Source: the human T2T-CHM13v2.0 reference genome, Homo sapiens. From it: a stretch of 64,000 nt of DNA. This document shows, in pieces, positions 56,594 to 64,000 of the stretch. Position numbers and translations under genes: made by a program. The DNA lies in the NCBI RefSeq assembly GCF_009914755.1, contig NC_060926.1. The stretch is one strand, 5' to 3'. Under the pieces are notes generated by a model. That model was not told where the DNA came from, did no database searches, and saw only the letters and a program-made list of their open reading frames with translations. Position 1 is the stretch's first letter. Each line of letters opens with the position of its first letter.

Positions 56594-58224
56594 TCTACAC
56601 CTATAGTTATTAAAGAAATGTAACTCATTATCCAAAAACCCCAACAAGAGAATTACAGACCCATATAATTCTACTGATAATTTTTTTCAAACATTAAGAA
56701 GAAATATTTCAGAAAATATAAGAGGTAAGAACATGCGCCTACTCATTTTATCAAGTCAAAATAACTCTGATGCCAAAGCCTAACAAAGAATTAGAAGATA
56801 AGAAAATTAAAGACTCATCTCCTTCATGATTACATACACCAAATTCTTAACAAAATATTAGCCATACATAGCATTAAGTTCACCAAGTGGAGTTTATTCA
56901 AGGAATGCCAGGTCAATTCAACATTCAAAAATTAATTAATATAATTCAGTACATTCACAGAATTAAACGAGAAGCCCTATCTGATCATCTTTATAGTTAG
57001 AGAAAAAGCACTTGAATAAAAATTCAACACTTAACAACAACAGCAAAACGCTCTTGGCAAACTAGAAATTAAGGAAAAGTTACCAATCTTGTAAGGAACA
57101 TCTACCAAAATTCTACATTTAAAATCAAACTTAAGGGTGAAATATTAAATGCTTTCTTCATAAGCATGCCTGCTCTTACCACTTCTATTTGATATTGCTC
57201 TAGGGGTCTTAACCAATGCAGTAAGGCAAGAAGAATAAATTAAAAGGCAAAAAGATCACAAAAAATAGAAGTAAAAAAGTTTCTATTTTCAGATGACATG
57301 ATTGTTAAAAGGAAATCTGAAGAATCTAAAAACATAATGAAATGAATAAGTTAATTTAGCAAAGTCACAGGGACCATGTCAATAATCAAAATTAATTGCA
57401 TTTCTATATATTGATGGTAAACAATTTAAAAATTAAGTTTGAAAAAAAATACCACTTGCAAGAAATTTTTAAAAATAAAGTACTTGAAAATAAATATATA
57501 AAAGGACATGCAAGACCTCTGTACTTAAAACTATAAGGCATTGCTAGGAGAAATTAAAGACCTAAATAAATGGCAAAATATATTATGTTCATGATTTGGA
57601 AGAGTTAATATTATTATAATGTTAATTCCCCCAAATTAATCAATAAGTTCAGTATCATTCAAATCAAAATTTCAATAGACTCTTTGACAGAAATCAACAT
57701 CTTTATTTTAAACTTTATTTTGAAATGCAAAGGACCTAAAGTAACCAAATCAGCCTTGAAACAAAAGAACAAAGTTGGAGGACCCACAACTCCTGATTTC
57801 AAGACTTGCAATAAAGTTACAATAATCAAGGCAGTATGGTATTTACTTAAACATAGATTAATGGAACTGAATAAAAAGTCCAGGCATAGACTCACACACA
57901 TATAGTCGATTTTTGACAAAGTCGTCAAAAAAATCTTATGGAAAAGTCTTTTTAAAAATTGGTGCTGGAACTGGAAAAACACATGGTAAAAAAATTAATC
58001 TCAAACTCTACTTCATACCACACACACTCACACAAATTAGTTCAAGATGGATCACAGATCTAAACAAATAGTTTAAACTGTAACACTTTTAGAAAAAAAT
58101 ATGGGAAAATACCTTCCCAGCTTTGGGATAGGCAAAGACTTTTTATAAAAGACACTATTTCTAACCATGAAAGAAGAAAAATGATAAATCAAAACTTCAT
58201 CAAAATGTTTAAATGTTTTAGCTA

Positions 58225-60535
58225 CAAAAAATATATAAGATAGCTAGAAATAAACTTAACTAAGGAGCTGAAAGATCTCTGTACTGAAACTTTAAAATAT
58301 TGATGACAGAAATCGAAGAGGGCACAAATAAATGGAAAGATATCCTGTGTTCACAGATTGGAAGAAATAATGTTAAAAAGTCCATATTACCCAAAGCAAT
58401 CTACAGATTCAGTGCAATTCCTATCAAAATACCAATAACAGAAATAGAAAAAACAATTCTAAAATTTATATGAAACCACAAAAGACTTTGAATAGCGAAA
58501 GCAATCTTGAGCAAAAAAAAGAAAGCTGGAGGCATCACACTGCCCAACTTCAAAATATGCTACAGAGCAGTAGTAACAAAAACAGAATGGTACTGGCATC
58601 AAAACAGACACACAGACCAATGGAACAGCACAGAAGCCCAGAAATAAATCTGTACATATATACAAAAAACATATGTACCTACACACATACAAAAAGCAGC
58701 CAACTGATTTTTGACAAAGAGGCCAAGAACACACACAGAGAAAAGGACAGTCTCTTCAATAAATGGTATTGGAAAAATTCGATATCTGAGTACAGAAGAA
58801 TGAAACTGGATCACTTTCTTTTGCCATATAAAAAAATCAACTCAAAATGAATTAAAGGCCTAAATGTAAGACTCAAAGCTGTGAAACTACTAGAAGAAAA
58901 CTTAGGGGAAATGCTCCATGACATTGGGCTGGGCAAAGATTCTTTTGGATAAGACCTCAAAAACAAAAGGCAACAAAAGCAGAAATAGACAAATGGGATT
59001 ACATAAAACTAAAAAGCTTCTTCCCAGGAAAGGAAACAATCACCAAGGTGAAGAGGATGTCTATAGAATGAGAGGAAATATTTGGAAAGTATACATCTGA
59101 TACGAGGTTAATATTCAGAATATATTTTTTAAATTAACAACAAAAAACTCATAACCCTATTTTAAAATGAGGAAAAGACCATAATAGACATTTATCAAAA
59201 GAAGACACACAAATGGTCCACAGGTATATGAAAAAATGCTCAGCATCAGTAATCATCAGGAAAATGCAAATCAAAATGACAATGAGATATCATCTCACTC
59301 CAATTAGAATGGCTATTATCAAAAAGACAAAAGATGACAAGTATCAGTGAAAATGTGGAGAAAAGGGAACACTTATTATATACTGTTGGTGGGAATGTAA
59401 ATTAGTACAATCATTACGAAAAACAGTACGGAAGTTCCTCAAAAAATGTAAAAAGGAACTACCGTATAATCCAGCAATCCCACTACTGGGTATATATTCA
59501 AAGGAAGTGAAATAAAATCATTTTGTTGAAGAGATATCTGCACTTCCATGTTTATTGTAGCACAGTGCACAATGGCCAAGATACCGAACCAACCTAAGTA
59601 TCAATTAACATATGAATGGACAAAGAAAATGTGGTATATACACACAACAGAATACTATTCAGCCTAGAAAAAAAAAAAAAAACAATGAAATCTTGTCATT
59701 TACAACAACATGAATGATCCTGGAGGACATTATGCTGAGTGAAATAAGCCAGATGCAGAAAGACAAATACTGCATGATCTCACTCACATATCCCACTCAC
59801 ATATTGTATTAGTCCATTCTCACATTGCTATAAAGAACTACCTGAGACTGGGTAATTTAGGAAGAAAAGACATTGAATTGTCTCACAGTTCCTCAGACTG
59901 TACAGGAAGCATGACAGGGGAGGCCTCAGGAAACTTACAATCTCGGGGAAGGTGAAGGGTAAGCAGGCACACCTTACGTGACTAGAGCAGAAGGAAGAGA
60001 ACAAAGAGGGGATGTCACACACTTCTAAACAACCAGATCTCATGAGAACTCACTCACTATAACGACAACAGCAAAGGAGAAATCTGCCCTTGTGATCTAA
60101 TCACATCCCACAAGGCTCTTCCTTCAACACTGGGGATTATAATTCAACATGAGATTTGCACAGGCACACATATCCAAACCATGTCACATGTAGAATCTTA
60201 AAAAGCTGATATCATTTATAGAAATAGAACATTGGTTACCAGAGGACAGGGAGAGGGAGGGGAGGATGGAGAAAGGATGGTTAATGGGTACAAAGTTGCA
60301 GTTAGAAAGGAAGAGTATGTTCTGGTGTAGGGTGACTATAGTCAACAATAAGGTACGTGTATCTCAAAATAGCTAGAAAAGAAAATTTTCTATGTACTCG
60401 TCACAAAGAAATATAAATGTTTGAGGTGATAGATACTCTAAATACTCTGATTTGATCATATCATAAGATATGCATGTATCAAAACATCCTATTGTACCCC
60501 AAATATATGTACAATTATTATGTGTCAATTGAATT
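58225..60535 (+). mobile_element. Younger L1 (L1MA-like) ORF2 3' part and 3' UTR, nested in the older L1
   Basis: Better-preserved L1 sequence ([11 protein letters not shown] remnant); 3' end 'atatatgtacaattattatgtgtcaatt'; the host L1 resumes in register at ~60640. Confidence 0.85.
59805..60186 (-). mobile_element. MSTA-like MaLR solo LTR
   Basis: tgtattagtccattctcacattgctataaag...caaaccatgtca; TSD catRt. Confidence 0.92.
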
Positions 60536-60956
60536 TTTTTTAATTTCTGAACAAAATTTTTAAAATTCCTTTAAAAAATCACTAGCTCCTCTGATTTATG
60601 GTGTTCAAGTTTGGAATCGCATGCTACTTAATGAAAAAAATTTAATTTTGTTTATTCAAAGGCACTATTCAGAAAATGAAAAAGCAAGTCATAGACTGGG
60701 GAAAATATTCACAAGACATATATCTGATAGAGGGCTTGTATTCCGATTATGCATTTTTAAAGCCCTACAAATCAATAATAAAGAGATAAACAACTTAATT
60801 TTTTTAAAGACCAAAAGACTTGAGCAGGTGAAGATATACAAGTGGCCAATAAACACATAAAAATTTCTCAAGATCGTTTGTATTCAAGGAAATTAAAACT
60901 AAAACCACAATGAAATACCACTTCATGTTCATTAAAACAGCTAAATTTAGAGAGAC

Positions 60957-61636
<680 letters not shown>

Positions 61637-63932
61637 CAGACTGACAACACCGCCGCTTGGTAAGGATGTGGATGATGAGAATTCTCACACACTGCAGGTG
61701 GAAATGTATAGCAGCACAACCACTTTGTAAATCTGTCTGGAAGTTTCTCTACACTTCCACTACCCCATGATCCTGCAATTCCACTCCTGGGCATTTGCCA
61801 AAGGGAAAAGAAAATACATGTCCACAAAAAGGACCTGTAAAAGATTGTTTATGGAAGCTTTGGTCATACTATTCAAAAACTGGAAATAACTGAAGTGTCT
61901 ACCGACTGGAAGAGATTTTTTCAAAGTTTCCATATCGTCACATAGGCAACAACATTCTATTCAATGAAAGAAACCAGACACCAAAGAGCATACACTGTAA
62001 GCTTCCACTTATATGAAGTTCAGGAACAGGCAAAATTGATCTTTGATGATAGACATCAGAAGAGTGATTGTCTATGACAGGTGAGGATTGATTCAAAGGG
62101 GAGCATGAACGAACTTTCTGGAATGATGAAATTGTTCTTTATCTTGATTGAAGTGTATGCATTTGTCACAACTCAGTGGCTCATAAAATTATGATTTATG
62201 CAGTTCACAGGATATAAATTTCATCTCAATAAAAAGTGCGATGAGACCATTGTATTTATGCTGAGCAAGCAATCATATTATCTGAAGCATAATATTCAAG
62301 ATGACATAAAAAGAGCTTGTCCCAGCTGGCATGCCACCATGCAGCCCCCACCTGTATCTGCTTTCTCATTAAGCAAAACCTTCCCATAGGCCAGCTGTGG
62401 TCTGCAATGCTTCCATGTAGACTCACAAAAGCAAAGGCAGTTTCTTGCTTGTTCTCTCCTTCCCTCAAATGCAGCCACTGAGGAGGCAAGACCCCCAAAC
62501 TGTCCCCTCCTGTCTCTTCCCTTAGCAATAGTAACTGGCTTCTGATCAGCCCCGCTGGCTGTCCAAGCTCTGCAATTTGCACTAGGGCCTCCCCCCATCC
62601 CTTTAGAGTCAGTGCTATCATTCCCACCTTTGAGAAGACGCAGAGATGGCAGCTGCAAAGGCGTCAGGCCAGGTGTCACAGCTGCCCTTGACTCTGTGAT
62701 CTCCAGCAGGGTCCCTTGAAACTCTGGCTGAGAAGGCACAATCATATGCCCATGTCATGGTGGAAGGAGGGTGAAGCAAATTTTCCGAGCTGGCTGCAGC
62801 CCAGTCTGGTCTACCTGGTTCTCCTCCTGGCCTTCTGAGCCCCAAAGATGGATCTGGGACTGATCCACCACTGGGTCCCCCAGGAAAACCACCTGAGTGC
62901 CTCCCTGGTGCCTTTCATACAGTAGAAGAGAGAAAGACAAAGGAGGAGGAGGAGCAGGAAGGGATGAGTCTGTCAGCTACCAGAAAAAGACAAAACCGCC
63001 TTCCTACTTCTTGGGTTCACACCATCTCTGACAGAATTGGTTTCTAAAGCAAGTGAGCCTGACTTCTGGAATCACACAGCCCCCAGGCATTGCCAAGAGT
63101 AAGCAATGGGAAGAGAATTTCCAGGCTAAGGGCAGTGTCCCGTCTTCTGTTGGTGCTCTGTAGTCATGGAAACAGGCTGGGCCAGGATTGCAGGACAGAG
63201 ATGGGAAGGATCACGGAGTCTGTCCTAGATGTCACTAGGCTTTGCTCAGCCTCGCCCACTGCAGAGCACTCTCAGAAGGTCTCCATCACCCACTAGGGGA
63301 CAGGGTGCAACACAACTCCTTGCCTTCAAGGAGTCAAGCCCAGCTCACCCACTCTAGTAGAACCAGAAAGGATGGCGACCCTTAGGAACCCAGAGACCCG
63401 CCTGGTCCCATTCAAGAAACAGAGCTCAGACCCACAAGTAATGAAGGGGGATTCACTTTACTCACAACTCTTGATGAATACCAGACTCCAAATGCAACAC
63501 ATGCCTCCCTGTTACTCTCACCCTTGCTCCAGCGCCCGTGCCAAATCCCCTTCTTCCCCTCCCGGCCTCAGTTTCCACATTGCCTCCTGCTCCCTCTGCC
63601 CAACCTTGCTGGTGAGTCCAGACTTTAATCATCTTCTCTCCGTTCTCATGATTCTGCATCACAGAAGCCAAAACATCTGACTAAGGAAGGGAGACCCCTC
63701 CTCATGGGGCAGAGGATGGGATAGCTAAGAAGGTGGTGCCCAAAGATCAGATTCTAAATGGTGCATGATGGGCAGGAAAGAGCTGGGAGCCTGGGAACAA
63801 CTGCCAGTTCACTAAGATGGCCCCAGCACAGACAGAGTTGTGGGGTGCAGCTCAGTTTCACGGGCTCCAGAGCTAAGACTATGAGGAAGCAGGCCTGGAG
63901 AGGACTTGGAAGATGAGAAGGGTGAGGGGTGC

Positions 63933-63990
63933 AGAGAGAGAGAGAGAGAAAAGAGAAAGAGAGAAAGAGAAGAGAGGAAGAGAGAGAGAG
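63933..63990. repeat. (GA)n purine-rich repeat
   Basis: agagagagagagagagaaaagagaaagagagaaagag. Confidence 0.9.
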
Positions 63991-64000
63991 CATCCTAGGA

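Larger units (their letters stand above)
54990..58220 (+). mobile_element. Old L1M (ORF2 region)
   Basis: A-rich sense L1 signature; ORF remnant LKQKNKVGGPTTPDFKTCNKVTIIKAVWY resembles L1 ORF2p. Confidence 0.85.

Noticed and set aside
57659-59100. ORFs resembling L1 ORF2p
   Set aside because: Short frameshifted remnants of dead L1 copies with no intact reverse transcriptase or endonuclease.

Overview
This is primate genomic DNA. AluJ, AluS and AluY are all present, which points to a catarrhine and probably human-like genome. The window looks intergenic or intronic. I found no credible protein-coding gene: the listed ORFs come from Alu, L1 and LTR sequence, simple repeats, or chance. It holds about 20 Alus, two large old L1 blocks (minus strand ~18.5-31.3 kb, plus strand ~55-62.2 kb), many solo LTRs (MaLR, ERV1, ERVL), hAT MITEs, MIR/L2 relics and several tandem repeats. 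Five features stand out. (1) A ~2.1 kb minus-strand retrocopy-like insert at 12.4-14.5 kb has a degenerate TSD, a polyA signal, apparent retained introns and an internal ~45-nt repeat; I could not identify its parent. (2) A tailless 5'-half tRNA-Gly(TCC) retropseudogene with a 16-bp TSD lies at 54.84 kb. (3) Two chimeric or multimeric Alus each sit within a single TSD. (4) A repeat-poor, homeodomain-motif-rich block at 7.3-8.3 kb resembles a conserved enhancer. (5) A frame-preserving higher-order (ACC/ATC)n repeat lies behind a strong 3' splice site. I cannot support a new biological system here; the findings are unusual instances of known mechanisms. Repeat subfamily names come from recalled consensus sequences, not alignments, and boundaries of old repeats are approximate.
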